40,967 nt of DNA from a virus (Duplodnaviria > Caudoviricetes), in the IMG/VR virus record IMGVR_UViG_3300048578_000437, positions 1 through 40,967 of that record, one strand, 5' to 3'. Shown here in pieces: positions 25,932 to 35,303 of this stretch (position 1 is its first letter; each line of letters opens with the position of its first letter). The notes below the pieces were generated by a model. That model ran no database searches and had not been told where the DNA came from. It worked only from the letters and a program-made list of their open reading frames with translations. Both the position numbers and the translations under genes were made by a program.

Positions 25932-27236
25932 TTACTGGAGCGTGACCTGCTCGAGGACGGCGAACGTGTTGTCGTGCCGGGCCGCGACGTCGTGCGACTC
26001 GATGATGCGGATCGGCGTCGTGTCGTTCGAGAAGCCGGCCACGACGGCGGAGCCGTTGTGGTACGCGCCGTTCGGCTGCATCTCGACCTCGAGCGGACGG
26101 CCCTCGTCGCGGCCGAGGATCACGTCGCTGTGCACGCCGAAGTACACCTCGGAGTTCGAGCCGCTGAGGTTCGTCGGGATCTGCGTGGTCTTCCCGAACT
26201 TGAAGCCGAAGAGCGAGCCGGCCATCAGCATCGGGAGGAACACCCAGTTGCCGTTGCCGTCGAGGAGCTTGGCGAGGCCCCAGAAGGTGCGCGGCGCCAT
26301 CGCCCAGCCGGCCGACTCCATCGGCACGTTCGACTCTTCCACCAGGCGGCAGAGGCCGAGGTAGTCGGAGACGACCGCGGCGAGCGTGGTGCCCGACTGG
26401 TTCACGTGGTTGGCCGCCTTCGTCCAGAGGTAGACGCCCTTCGGCTGCGTCTCCGCGCCCGTGCCGCGGTAGAACGAGAGGTCGCGGCGGAGCGCCATCG
26501 CCATGAGGAGGTCGTCGCGGATGATCGCGTCGGCGCCCGGAGAGGCGAGGTTGAGCAGCTCGTTCGTGACCGCGACGAGGCCCGCGGCCTTCTTGCCGGT
26601 GAGCTTCACCGCGCCCAGGCCGGGCTGGCTCGGGACGATGTTCGCCTCCTCGCCCACGTAGCTGACGGTGGCGCCGCTGTTCATGCGGCCCATCGAGAGG
26701 GTGCCCCGGAAGCCGAGGTCACGCGCGCCGAGCTGCGTCGCGATGGCCTTCGCGTACAGGAGCTCGATGAACTCGGACGAGAGCTGCTCGGCGATGAGCA
26801 CGCCGGCGCCGGCGAGCGAGCCCGCGGAGAGCGAGCGGGTCTTCTCGCTGGCGTCCATCAGGTCCGCGAGCTGCGTGTAGCCGGGGTTCCCCTGGCGGGC
26901 GAGCTCGCGGGCCACGTCCTTCGCCTGAACGCCGCGCACCTTGGCGATCGTCTCGCAGCGCACGGCGCGTGCGAACATGAGGCCCTTGCCCTTGAGGGGG
27001 TCGGTCTCAACGCGGTAGTTGCGCGCGGCCTCGAGCTTGTCGTCGCTGCCCGGCTGCGCCTGGCCCGGCGCGGTGAGCATCGAGCGGAGCTGCGCCATGA
27101 ACGCAGGGTCGGCCTTCTTCATGGCCGCCTCGAAGTGCCCGCGGGCTTCCTTCTCGATCTCGATGACCCTGTCCGCCATCTCCTTCGAGACGGTGTCCTT
27201 GATGATGCCCCTCAGGTCCTTGACGGTGATTCCCAC
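25932..27236 (-). CDS. Major capsid protein, HK97 fold
   Basis: AGVLIAEQLSSEFIELL, YVGEEANI, KKAAGLVAVTNELL, FYRGTG...PKG. Confidence 0.95.
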   Translation of the reverse strand: MGITVKDLRGIIKDTVSKEMADRVIEIEKEARGHFEAAMKKADPAFMAQLRSMLTAPGQAQPGSDDKLEAARNYRVETDPLKGKGLMFARAVRCETIAKVRGVQAKDVARELARQGNPGYTQLADLMDASEKTRSLSAGSLAGAGVLIAEQLSSEFIELLYAKAIATQLGARDLGFRGTLSMGRMNSGATVSYVGEEANIVPSQPGLGAVKLTGKKAAGLVAVTNELLNLASPGADAIIRDDLLMAMALRRDLSFYRGTGAETQPKGVYLWTKAANHVNQSGTTLAAVVSDYLGLCRLVEESNVPMESAGWAMAPRTFWGLAKLLDGNGNWVFLPMLMAGSLFGFKFGKTTQIPTNLSGSNSEVYFGVHSDVILGRDEGRPLEVEMQPNGAYHNGSAVVAGFSNDTTPIRIIESHDVAARHDNTFAVLEQVTLQ

Positions 27237-27248
27237 GTGCGTGCTCCT

Positions 27249-28058
27249 TCAGCTGGCGACTTCGAGTTCCCCACGGCGGCGCAGATCGGCGGCTCGACTC
27301 CGCTGCGCCATCACTTCCTTGACGGTCTCTTCGACCAACGACTGAACGCCCTCGGCGTCGAGGCCATCGACCTCGAGCTCCTGCTCTTCGAGCGGCTGCT
27401 CTTCGGTCTTCGCCGGCGCGGGATCAGCTGCGGGCGTCGGGGCAGGGGCCGGCGTCGAGCGCTTCGCGAGCGCCTCTTCCCGGAGCTTGAGCACGTCGAG
27501 GCGCGGCGCCGGCACATCCGCCGCGCGGACCATCGCGGCCTCGGCGATGAGCCGGAGATCGTCCACGTCCTTCAGGTCGCGCATCGGGAGCGCGTTCGCG
27601 TTCCCGGGCACGGTGACGATCGAGACCTCAAGCAGCTCCTGACGGAGGTAGTCGATCGGCGGGTAGTAGGACCACTCGCCCGACTTCCCCTCGCGGTCGA
27701 GGTTGTACTTGTACTCGAGCGGCTCGAAGCGGTGCGACACCGCGAGCACGCCCGCGTCGATCATCCGCATGATGCGGTCGGCGTCGGGGTTCAAGTCGGC
27801 GGTGAAGAACTCGGCCTCGGCGACCAGCGTGCGCGAGGGCGACGTGGAGATCGACCGCACCTTGCCCACGGGAAGCGCGCTGGCGTTGTGGCACCAGAGG
27901 AGCACGGGGTTCTTCTCGAAGTTCCGGGTCTCCCAGCCGTCCGCCGCGAACGTCGTGTTGTAGCGGTCGATGCTCTCGTCCGACACGGCGAGACGTCGCG
28001 TGCGATCACCGGTCTTCTCGATGGTGCCCACAGGTGCGTCGCGGCGGTGCGTCGTCAT
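27249..28058 (-). CDS. Prohead protease (HK97 family)
   Basis: SDESIDRY, NPVLLWCHN..LPVGK, ELLEVSIVTVPGNANA. Confidence 0.92.
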   Translation of the reverse strand: MTTHRRDAPVGTIEKTGDRTRRLAVSDESIDRYNTTFAADGWETRNFEKNPVLLWCHNASALPVGKVRSISTSPSRTLVAEAEFFTADLNPDADRIMRMIDAGVLAVSHRFEPLEYKYNLDREGKSGEWSYYPPIDYLRQELLEVSIVTVPGNANALPMRDLKDVDDLRLIAEAAMVRAADVPAPRLDVLKLREEALAKRSTPAPAPTPAADPAPAKTEEQPLEEQELEVDGLDAEGVQSLVEETVKEVMAQRSRAADLRRRGELEVAS

Positions 28059-28070
28059 GCCCGCACACTC

Positions 28071-28101
28071 GCCGCGCTGATTCACACGATGCGGCCCGCC
28101 G
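28071..28101 (-). promoter_or_regulatory. Late-promoter-like motif, copy 3 (degenerate)
   Basis: CGGC-N7-ATCGTGTG-N6-CGCGGC upstream of protease-capsid. Confidence 0.5.
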
Positions 28102-29577
28102 TCAGCTGAGCGACTTCGCCCACGGTGGGTCGGCTCGCTCGGGCTCGACGTCGATCACGAGGTCCGCGTCCTCTTCGTCGTCGAGCTTGCTCGGCTTGTC
28201 GCCAGGCTCGAGCTGCGCTGGCGCCTGGCCCGGGAGCGCGTCCGGGTACTTCCCAGAGAGTTCAGGCTTGGGCTCGAAGCCGGCCTCCGCGCGCCACTCG
28301 TTCAGCTCGAAGGCGCGCGGCTGCGCCTTCATCACCTCGAGGCGATGCGACTTGTCCTCGGGCTCGTTCATCTCGGCCTCGAGCACAGCAGCGTCGCCGC
28401 CGGGGTACTTCGTCAGCAGCTGCGAGGCGATCTCCGCGCGAAGGAACTGCACACGCGGGTGCTCGACACCGACGACGAACATGTAGAACGCGGAGTCGAT
28501 CGTCGCTCGGTTGCTGTCCTCGATGATGCCGATCACCTCGGGCGGCACGCCGAAGACCTGCACGCAGGTGTCGCGCTCCATGCGGCGGAGCTCGACGAGC
28601 TGCTGCTCGCGGAACGCCGTGTCGAGCTTGACCGCGTTGATCTTCCCCGAGGCGAAGTGAGCGCGATGGGCGTTGTGGACTCCGCGGTGCGCCGCCTCCC
28701 ACTTCGCGCGCGCCTCCTCGACTCCCTTGCCCCCGGCTTCCTCGAGGCCGACCATGATCGACGGTGTTGCGGAGTTGAAGAACCAAGTCTTGATGTACTT
28801 CGCTGCGAACTCGTCGGTCTCGAGCTCGTCGCCCAGGCTCTCGGCGATGCCGCTGCCTCGACCGTACGGGGACGCGGGATCGACGTCGCGGAACCACAGC
28901 ACGGCCTTCGGATCGACCTTCATCTGCAGGCCGCCGTAGGTCACGAGGAAGTAGGGCGAGGTGTTGTTCGGGACCTGCGTCACCCAATGAGGAGGCACCG
29001 GGTAGACGCTGCTGGGCTGGCCCTCTGCGTCGAAGGCGACCAGCCAGAAGGCCTCGCCTTTGATGTCGAGCCAGATCTGCGTGACCTTCAGCGCGACCTC
29101 GCCCGACATGAACTCGTTCGGCTTCGCCAGGAGCTTGAGGAGCGGGTGGTCGACGACCTCGCGAAGAACGCCCGCGCGCTGCAGGCTGCGCCGGTGCGCC
29201 GCGCGCACCTTCCAGCTTCCGCTCTGGAGACGGTGGTCGCGCACCATCCGGTCCTGGCCCCAGCGCCACACGGGCGGCAGTCCGTCTCGCGACTCGCGGT
29301 GGAGGTCGATGGTCCTCGAGCGCGCGGGCAGTTCGGCGCGCGCGTAGATGCGCCACTGCGTCCCGGCGACCGCGCGCGCGATGCGGCTCGTGACCGCTCG
29401 CAACCAGGGCGAGAGGTTGTACATCTGGATCAGCTCGAGCGTGCCGCGCTTCGGTGGCCCACGCCCGCCGGTGCCCGAGGCGAGGAGCCCGCCTTCGAAG
29501 TTCTTCGCCGTGAGCGGGCCGGGGGCCGGCGCCGCTGCTCGGCTGAAGTAGCCCTTCACCTTGTCGAGCAAGCCCAT
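28102..29577 (-). CDS. Portal protein (HK97 family)
   Basis: DHPLLKLLAKPNEFMS, GEAFW, WFFNSATPS, FGVPPEVIG, NEWRAEAGFEP; start MGLLDK. Confidence 0.93.
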   Translation of the reverse strand: MGLLDKVKGYFSRAAAPAPGPLTAKNFEGGLLASGTGGRGPPKRGTLELIQMYNLSPWLRAVTSRIARAVAGTQWRIYARAELPARSRTIDLHRESRDGLPPVWRWGQDRMVRDHRLQSGSWKVRAAHRRSLQRAGVLREVVDHPLLKLLAKPNEFMSGEVALKVTQIWLDIKGEAFWLVAFDAEGQPSSVYPVPPHWVTQVPNNTSPYFLVTYGGLQMKVDPKAVLWFRDVDPASPYGRGSGIAESLGDELETDEFAAKYIKTWFFNSATPSIMVGLEEAGGKGVEEARAKWEAAHRGVHNAHRAHFASGKINAVKLDTAFREQQLVELRRMERDTCVQVFGVPPEVIGIIEDSNRATIDSAFYMFVVGVEHPRVQFLRAEIASQLLTKYPGGDAAVLEAEMNEPEDKSHRLEVMKAQPRAFELNEWRAEAGFEPKPELSGKYPDALPGQAPAQLEPGDKPSKLDDEEDADLVIDVEPERADPPWAKSLS

Positions 29578-29600
29578 GGCCGAGGAGTAGCCCGGTGCCG

Positions 29601-30995
29601 TCACACGAAGGCGAAGGCCGGGGTGACCATGAGCTCGTGCAGGCCCCAGCACATGGCGTCGGTCCGGTCGTCGCGCCGACCGTTCACCCCGGTGAAGGTC
29701 TTCATCTGAGCCTCGAGCTTCGGGTGCTCTCCCACGAGGTGCACCTTTCCCTGCTCGTAGAGCGCGGCGATCGGCTCCGCGCGCTTCGTCTTCCCGCGCA
29801 TCGCGCGCACGGTCTTCACGGGGAGCGAGTCGTCGACGGTGCGGAGCGTGAACTCGACCATCTCGCCGCCGACGTTCACCTCGGCCACGACGGCGTCGGC
29901 CTGGAACTCGTGGAAGGTCGCGGCCACGCGCCGCGCCCACTGGTCGGGCGTGCCCTTCATCGAGCGGTCGGCAAGCACGTAGCCGTGATCGTTCGCATCG
30001 AGGCCGACCACGATGATCCCCGTCTCGTCGTCGCCGCCTGAGGTCTGGGTCGGGTCGACCGCAACCACCACGCGCACCAGCTCGGGAGCGCGCGCGACGC
30101 GGGCGGCAAACACCTTGACCATGTCGAAGATGCCGGCTGACGCCTCGAGGATCTCGCCGCCGAGCTCCTGTTTGCCCAGTCGGCTGTTGCCGTAGAGCCG
30201 GGTGACGGTATCGATGAAGTTGGCCGCGAGGTTCGCCTGGTTCTCGTAGGTGTTGCCGCGGGTGACGAATGTCCCGGGGTCCTTCATCAGCTTGATGAGG
30301 AACTCGTGCGGCTTCGGCGTGCCAGTCACGACGGAGCGCGGCTTCTTTCCGAGTCGGAGCCCGAGCTGGAACTGTGCCCAGACCTCGTCGGGATTGACCC
30401 AGCTCATCGGCTCGTCGCCCCAGCCGAAGTCGTGCTGCGGTCCGCGGAGGCGCTCGGGCTCTTCGGCCGAGAAGAGCGTCGCGCGCGCGACCTCGTGCCC
30501 CCCGCGCTTCCAGGTGACGCGCCGCTTGCTCGGCTCGTAGTGCGCCTTGAACCAGGGCGGGCAGACGGCCAGCAGTCCGCTGTCGCCCTCGACCATCGTC
30601 TCTCGGGCGTCCGCCGCGGTGGGCGCGATCAACGCGATGCGGTGCGCGTTCCCGGACTCGACCTGGTCCCGCACGGTCTCGGCCCCGGTGCGCGTCTTTC
30701 CGAAGCCACGGCCGGCGAGGATCAGCCACGTGTTCCAGTCGCCAGGAGGCAGGAGCTGCGAGTCGCGCGCCCAGAGCCCAGCCCAGTCGTAGAGGAAGGC
30801 GAGGACCGCGGAGTCAGGAAGGGTCGCTATCAGCTGCTGCAGCTCGCTCGGCGTGAGCAGCTTCAGCAGGTGGTGCGGACGCAGGTGCTGGCTCAGCGCC
30901 AGCCCCTGTTCCAACGCTCGATCCTCCAGCGCCGCCCGGACGTCCGATGCCAGCCAAGAGCTTGCCGAGCTTGTCGTTGAGGAGCTTTCGAGCAT
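29601..30995 (-). CDS. terL: Terminase large subunit (start uncertain)
   Basis: AGRGFGKTRTGAE Walker A, GWGDE Walker B, VVAVDP and DDRTDA nuclease motifs. Confidence 0.95.
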   Translation of the reverse strand: MLESSSTTSSASSWLASDVRAALEDRALEQGLALSQHLRPHHLLKLLTPSELQQLIATLPDSAVLAFLYDWAGLWARDSQLLPPGDWNTWLILAGRGFGKTRTGAETVRDQVESGNAHRIALIAPTAADARETMVEGDSGLLAVCPPWFKAHYEPSKRRVTWKRGGHEVARATLFSAEEPERLRGPQHDFGWGDEPMSWVNPDEVWAQFQLGLRLGKKPRSVVTGTPKPHEFLIKLMKDPGTFVTRGNTYENQANLAANFIDTVTRLYGNSRLGKQELGGEILEASAGIFDMVKVFAARVARAPELVRVVVAVDPTQTSGGDDETGIIVVGLDANDHGYVLADRSMKGTPDQWARRVAATFHEFQADAVVAEVNVGGEMVEFTLRTVDDSLPVKTVRAMRGKTKRAEPIAALYEQGKVHLVGEHPKLEAQMKTFTGVNGRRDDRTDAMCWGLHELMVTPAFAFV

Positions 30996-31659
30996 CGGCG
31001 ATCTCCATCGCGGGCGAGTCGGCGTTCTCGACGCTGAGGTGTTCGGTGCGCGCCCACTTCTCGTCGCCCTTCGAGAAGCGGCGCTCGAGGAAGCGCTGCG
31101 CGACCTGCGGGTCCGCCTGCGCGCCGTCCCAGTAGGCCTTGGTGAGCTGACGCTCGGCGTGCCCCTCGGCCATCTCGATTGCGAAGAGGAGACGCCGACG
31201 CGGATCGTTGTCGTCCTTCAGGTCGCCGCCCTCGCGGAGCCAGCTCTTGAAGGTGTTCTCCGAGACGCCGACGAACCGCGCGGCGGCGCGACGGGTCGCC
31301 GCGGTCGTGGCGATCAAGCGGGCCGCCTCGTCGATCATCTCGTCCGTGATCGCCAGGGCAGGGGCGCGAGCCCTCGGTTCGTAATTCTGGTCATCACCCA
31401 GATCACCGCCCCGTGGGTGTTCGTCGGGGTCCTGAGCCCTCTGCCGCTGCGGAGGCTGGGGGCCTCGGAGGCGCTCCCGATCCGCCTCGCGCTTGCACTG
31501 CCGGCAGTACGCCGCGAGGCCATCGGCCATCGCCGCGTTGCGCGGGAACTCTCGCAGCGGCCGCTCGGGGTTGCGCCCGTACTGCGGGCAGCGCGCGCAC
31601 CGCTTCGTCGGCTCGACTCGAGCTCGGCGCGGCGCGGGCTTCTTCTTCTTCGCTGCCAT
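30814..31659 (-). CDS. terS: Terminase small subunit with N-terminal Zn finger
   Basis: AARFVGVSENTFKSWL HTH, AQRFLERR motif; CARC...YCRQC; position. Confidence 0.75.
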   Translation of the reverse strand: MAAKKKKPAPRRARVEPTKRCARCPQYGRNPERPLREFPRNAAMADGLAAYCRQCKREADRERLRGPQPPQRQRAQDPDEHPRGGDLGDDQNYEPRARAPALAITDEMIDEAARLIATTAATRRAAARFVGVSENTFKSWLREGGDLKDDNDPRRRLLFAIEMAEGHAERQLTKAYWDGAQADPQVAQRFLERRFSKGDEKWARTEHLSVENADSPAMEIADARKLLNDKLGKLLAGIGRPGGAGGSSVGTGAGAEPAPASAPPAEAAHAERAAAADSDPS

Positions 31660-31803
31660 CGGGGATCACGCTCGCGCGAACCGCTCACTCGACGCCGCGC
31701 CCCCTCGGAATTCCGACCATTTCTGATTGAGCCCGCGAGAGTTCAGGCGCGCGGGACAAGGGAAGGGGGGCGGGGTCCCGAGGGAAAATCGACCCCGGGG
31801 GGC

Positions 31804-32388
31804 CTACTGCGCGTCAAGCGGCGTGCCAGCGCTCCGGGGCTGGGGCTGGGGCTGGGGCTGGCGGAGCACTCGACGGCGCCCGGCACGCACCAGGTACTTC
31901 ACGACCGTATTGAGGTGCAGGTCGAGCCTCGCTGCGATGGTGCTTCGCGTGAGGCCCTCTCGGTCGAGGTCGTAGATCTTCCTCTCAAGCCCGGGGCTGA
32001 TCGCGTTCGCCCGTCGCTTCTTCCTCGTTCTCCGAGGTGGAGCCGCGACCCGATGCACGTAGCGGTACCAGGAGCGCCGATCGACGCCGAGTTTGGCGAC
32101 GAGTTCGGCGATGGTTGAGCCCTCCCGCAGCATCTGCTCGCCCAGCGCCCCGAGCTCGGGAGTGACCGCCGGCGGACGACCAGCGGCGCGGGCGGGCGCA
32201 CCGAGCGCCGCACGGAAGCGCGCGGTGCCGACCCGCTGAAAGCGACCAGACGAGCGGGCGCGCGAAAGTGGCTTAATGGTGGCTGAATTGCGTGTGAACA
32301 CTGCCTCGCTAACGGGCTTCGCGCGGCTCGATGTGACCTGCGGCGGTCGGTATTCCTTCTTCACGCGCGCCTCCAGACCAGCAGGCAC
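31804..32388 (-). CDS. Double-HTH protein, candidate late regulator (start uncertain)
   Basis: TIAELVAKLGVDRRSWYRY and TRSTIAARLDLHLNTVVKYL; directly upstream of terS. Confidence 0.65.
   Translation of the reverse strand: MPAGLEARVKKEYRPPQVTSSRAKPVSEAVFTRNSATIKPLSRARSSGRFQRVGTARFRAALGAPARAAGRPPAVTPELGALGEQMLREGSTIAELVAKLGVDRRSWYRYVHRVAAPPRRTRKKRRANAISPGLERKIYDLDREGLTRSTIAARLDLHLNTVVKYLVRAGRRRVLRQPQPQPQPRSAGTPLDAQ
31836..31859. repeat. (GGGGCT)x4 microsatellite encoding QPQPQPQP
   Basis: Direct reading. Confidence 0.85.
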
Positions 32389-32960
32389 GAGGGGAAGTCA
32401 GCGCTGCCCACGGGCACGCCGTTGCTGCCCGGCTTCGCGTACGCCTGACGCCCAGGCGGGAAGTGGCAGTCGAGCCGGTAGCCGAAGAACACGCTGCCGC
32501 GATCACGGAAGGGCTCCACGTGCGCTTGCCAGAACGGCTGCTCGTGGCGGTTTCCGGGCAAGACGAAGGCGATGCGCACCTCGATGCCGAGGGACTTCGC
32601 CTCCTTCACCGTCGCCCAGGCCTTCGCGACCCATGCTTCGAGGTCGTCGAAGGGAGGGTTCACGAAGATGCACCAGACCGAGTCCGGCCAGTCGCACGCC
32701 GCATCGGTGCAGTAGTCGCCCCTGCACGGGCACCTCGGCAGCCACGACTGCGCGAGCCCGTCGACGCCCGCGCTGCCCGGGTACGGGAGCAGCGAGAACC
32801 ACCGCGGCGCGTGGTGGCTCTCAAGGTCGGCCGCTGCGTCGAGGTCCCACGCGGTGACGCCCGCGCGTTCCATGATCCACGCCATGAACTCGCGCGTGGT
32901 GTAGCGGCGGTTCGGGTCCTCGAGTCGGACCTCCGGGAACATGTCGATGACGGCGCTCAT
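32361..32960 (-). CDS. Phage DNA N6-adenine methyltransferase (Dam-like)
   Basis: WDLDAAA, DGLAQSW, FVNPPF, AWVAKA. Confidence 0.85.
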   Translation of the reverse strand: MSAVIDMFPEVRLEDPNRRYTTREFMAWIMERAGVTAWDLDAAADLESHHAPRWFSLLPYPGSAGVDGLAQSWLPRCPCRGDYCTDAACDWPDSVWCIFVNPPFDDLEAWVAKAWATVKEAKSLGIEVRIAFVLPGNRHEQPFWQAHVEPFRDRGSVFFGYRLDCHFPPGRQAYAKPGSNGVPVGSADFPSCLLVWRRA

Positions 32961-33277
32961 CGGCGACCTCGGCGAGGGAACGGGGAGTGCTGCAGAAACT
33001 CGGGCACGCGTGACCGAGAGGCGTTCCGCGTGGGCACATCGACGATGCTCGGGCCGCGCGGAACGAACTCGGGCGACACGTGAACAAAGGGTTCGAGCAG
33101 CGCGATCGCGGTCACCCGCTTTCCGGGCCGTCGGAGCGCGGCGACCACGTCGGCGGCGTCTCCGACCAGCAGAACCTCAGGGCCGACACGGACCTGCAGG
33201 ACGGTTCGATCGGGCACCGTGCTCAAATCGAACGAGACCAACTCATCGAACACGACGATCGTCTGCTTGCTCGTCAT
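32957..33277 (-). CDS. Hypothetical protein
   Basis: ATGA overlaps on both sides. Confidence 0.6.
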   Translation of the reverse strand: MTSKQTIVVFDELVSFDLSTVPDRTVLQVRVGPEVLLVGDAADVVAALRRPGKRVTAIALLEPFVHVSPEFVPRGPSIVDVPTRNASRSRVPEFLQHSPFPRRGRR

Positions 33278-33552
33278 GGCTGATGCGCCCCCTTGTTGAG
33301 GATGCGGACTGCGGTGAATGCACGGAACGTGAGGATGCTGCGAGCCTCGATGTGGTGATGGGTTGCGCCGTTCGTCTCGCGCGCCGGCTGATGCCGAGCC
33401 CGGAACACGCCAAGCCCCGGGATCGCAACGCGCTCCCCGTCGGCGACGGCATCGACGACGACATGGGCGAACTCGCGCACGACGCGCTCTGCCACCTTCG
33501 GCTTCACTCTCGCGCACGCCGCAACGGCGCGGATGAGCTCGGGGAGCGTCAT
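33274..33552 (-). CDS. HU/IHF-family DNA-binding protein
   Basis: MTLPELIRAVA...GERVAIPGLGVFR....AR..N.AT. Confidence 0.88.
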   Translation of the reverse strand: MTLPELIRAVAACARVKPKVAERVVREFAHVVVDAVADGERVAIPGLGVFRARHQPARETNGATHHHIEARSILTFRAFTAVRILNKGAHQP

Positions 33553-33980
33553 CGGGTGCCCTCATAGACCTCGATGCGCACGCCCCACGGGCCGGCCTCG
33601 CTGTCGGGTACGAGGTGAAGGCGCTCGTCGCGGTCGTTCACGCCGAAGACGTCGGCGACGCCGTCCGAGACAGCCTTCAGCGACATGCCGAGGTTGTCGT
33701 GCCCGTCGAGTTCCGTCGGCGCGCATCGCACGACGCGGACGACGGCGCCGCGCGAGGCAAGCAGCCGGCGAAGGGCTGTCCTGTGACGCGCGAGCACCAT
33801 GAACGCGCCGGTGCGGTGCTTCTTGGTCCGCTCGGCGCGAGGGCCCCAGTGGTTGCTGCGGTGATCGTTCGCGCGGGAGTCGATGCGAAGGGGCAGGGTG
33901 GCGACCACGACGGGCCTGTCGTCGGTCGCGAGCACCTCGAGCGCCTCAAGGCGGCGGTGGCCGATGTCTGAGAGCGTCAC
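33549..33980 (-). CDS. RusA-like Holliday junction resolvase
   Basis: S.AN...HW..R, LDGHDNL..SLKAVSDGVADVFGVNDRD. Confidence 0.75.
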   Translation of the reverse strand: MTLSDIGHRRLEALEVLATDDRPVVVATLPLRIDSRANDHRSNHWGPRAERTKKHRTGAFMVLARHRTALRRLLASRGAVVRVVRCAPTELDGHDNLGMSLKAVSDGVADVFGVNDRDERLHLVPDSEAGPWGVRIEVYEGTR

Positions 33981-34258
33981 GCGGCCCTCGCCTTCGCGCG
34001 GCGCTCGGAGACCCACGCCTTCGTTCGTCGCTCGGCCTCGACGCAGTAGCGCTTGTGCCCGTCCGCGGTGTGAATCTCGGGGCTGCTCGAAAGCCCGAGC
34101 GCGTCGTTGATGGAGCCCGCGCTGAATCGCTCGTCGGCGGTCCACACCGCGTGGCAGTTCGGGCACATGGGCACGCCCCACACGACCCAGATGCCGCCGG
34201 TCACGTCGCACGCGGCGCACCGCACGGCGGCCGGACCCTTCGACAGGAACGTCGTCAC
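33977..34258 (-). CDS. Zn-finger hypothetical protein
   Basis: CAAC...CPNC; GTGA overlaps. Confidence 0.65.
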   Translation of the reverse strand: MTTFLSKGPAAVRCAACDVTGGIWVVWGVPMCPNCHAVWTADERFSAGSINDALGLSSSPEIHTADGHKRYCVEAERRTKAWVSERRAKARAA

Positions 34259-35034
34259 GATGCAGCCCTCCTCGGCAGGAACTTCGACCACTGCTTGGCG
34301 AACCCCGCCCAGGGGCACGCCGGCTTCGCCTTCTTCATCCAGTGCTCGTCGCGCAGGTACGCCTCAGCCGCGACGCCGAGCACCTCGACGTCGGCCACGG
34401 CGCGCGCCTCGCCCCAGAAGTCGCTCAGGCTGCGCGGCCGGGGCCACTTCTCGGGCGGGTAGCCCGCTTCGCGGCGCGAGAGCTCGAAGGCGCGCCAGAA
34501 GTCCTCGACGCTCCACGACTCGATGCGCTCACGGTCGGGCGCGTCGATCTCGAACGCGACCAGCGCCAGCGACCTCGACCCTTCAGCAGCTGGTAGTTCC
34601 TTCTGTGTCTGCGTCTGAGTCTGCGTCTGGCGCGCCGGTTCCGGCGCGACCGGTGCCGGGTTCGTGCCGGGTTCCGGCACCTCGTCACCAAGTTCTCGGT
34701 GGATAGCCTTCTTGCCGCTGTTCTTCTCCCAGGCGCGCACGTAGCGGTTGAGCCCGCGCACGCGGATGCTCGGCGTCGTGGCCACCATCCCAACCCGTTG
34801 AAGTTGCGTGATGAGGTTGGCGGCGTCCTTCTCCGGCCAGCCGACTTCGACGGCCAGGATGCCGGGGTCCGGCACGAACCCGCGGAAGTCCCCTTCAGGG
34901 GCCACCTCGAGCGCGTACTGCCAGACCAGCACGCCGATCCCGATGCCCTGCGCCGCCGGCACACCGAGCAGGCCCGCGAGGCGCTTGCACTGGGCGATGC
35001 CGTCCTGCTCGACCTGAAGCCACGGGAGCCTCAT
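34255..35034 (-). CDS. Putative phage replication initiator
   Basis: WLQV...LAGLLG...LVWQYA N-terminal wHTH pattern, P/Q/T linker, helical C-terminal domain. Confidence 0.65.
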   Translation of the reverse strand: MRLPWLQVEQDGIAQCKRLAGLLGVPAAQGIGIGVLVWQYALEVAPEGDFRGFVPDPGILAVEVGWPEKDAANLITQLQRVGMVATTPSIRVRGLNRYVRAWEKNSGKKAIHRELGDEVPEPGTNPAPVAPEPARQTQTQTQTQKELPAAEGSRSLALVAFEIDAPDRERIESWSVEDFWRAFELSRREAGYPPEKWPRPRSLSDFWGEARAVADVEVLGVAAEAYLRDEHWMKKAKPACPWAGFAKQWSKFLPRRAAS

Positions 35035-35303
35035 GACGGGACCTCGAGCAGGCGCATGATGTTGGCCTCGATGGTCTTCGCGAGCGCTCGATTCGCCGCC
35101 GCGTGGCGGTCGTCGTCGGCGAAGAGCTTCACGATCACCGCCGCGTCGACGAGCGCCGCGCGGAACTCGCCGAGGTCGGTGCGGAGCTGCTGCAGCTTGA
35201 GCTCGTCCGCGGTGAGACCCTGTTCGCCCCCCGCCGCTGCGGCGCGGTCGTACGAGCACTGCATGCAGCCCCAACCCTCGCAGTTGATGCAGATGACGCT
35301 CAT
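35031..35303 (-). CDS. Hypothetical protein (CxxC..GCxxC)
   Basis: AAGGA SD; ATGA overlaps. Confidence 0.65.
   Translation of the reverse strand: MSVICINCEGWGCMQCSYDRAAAAGGEQGLTADELKLQQLRTDLGEFRAALVDAAVIVKLFADDDRHAAANRALAKTIEANIMRLLEVPS

Noticed and set aside
24912-28109. Very long plus-strand ORFs (also 103-1491, 17596-19893, and minus-strand 39009-40892)
   Set aside because: Antisense shadows of real high-GC genes, with no motifs
29578-30729. 875-aa portal ORF
   Set aside because: The upstream part overlaps terL in another frame and is Arg-rich noise; the portal starts at 29577
31836-31859. GGGGCT repeats as a CRISPR or regulatory array
   Set aside because: No spacers; in-frame QP linker. 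A G-quadruplex is possible but unsupported
32267-32309. sigma54-like TGGC-N7-TGGC and partial late-motif match (CGTGTG..TGCCTCGC) on the plus strand; also ACCGAGAATCG at 38900 and a weak copy near 31674-31693
   Set aside because: Mismatched cores, wrong spacing or orientation; plausible by chance
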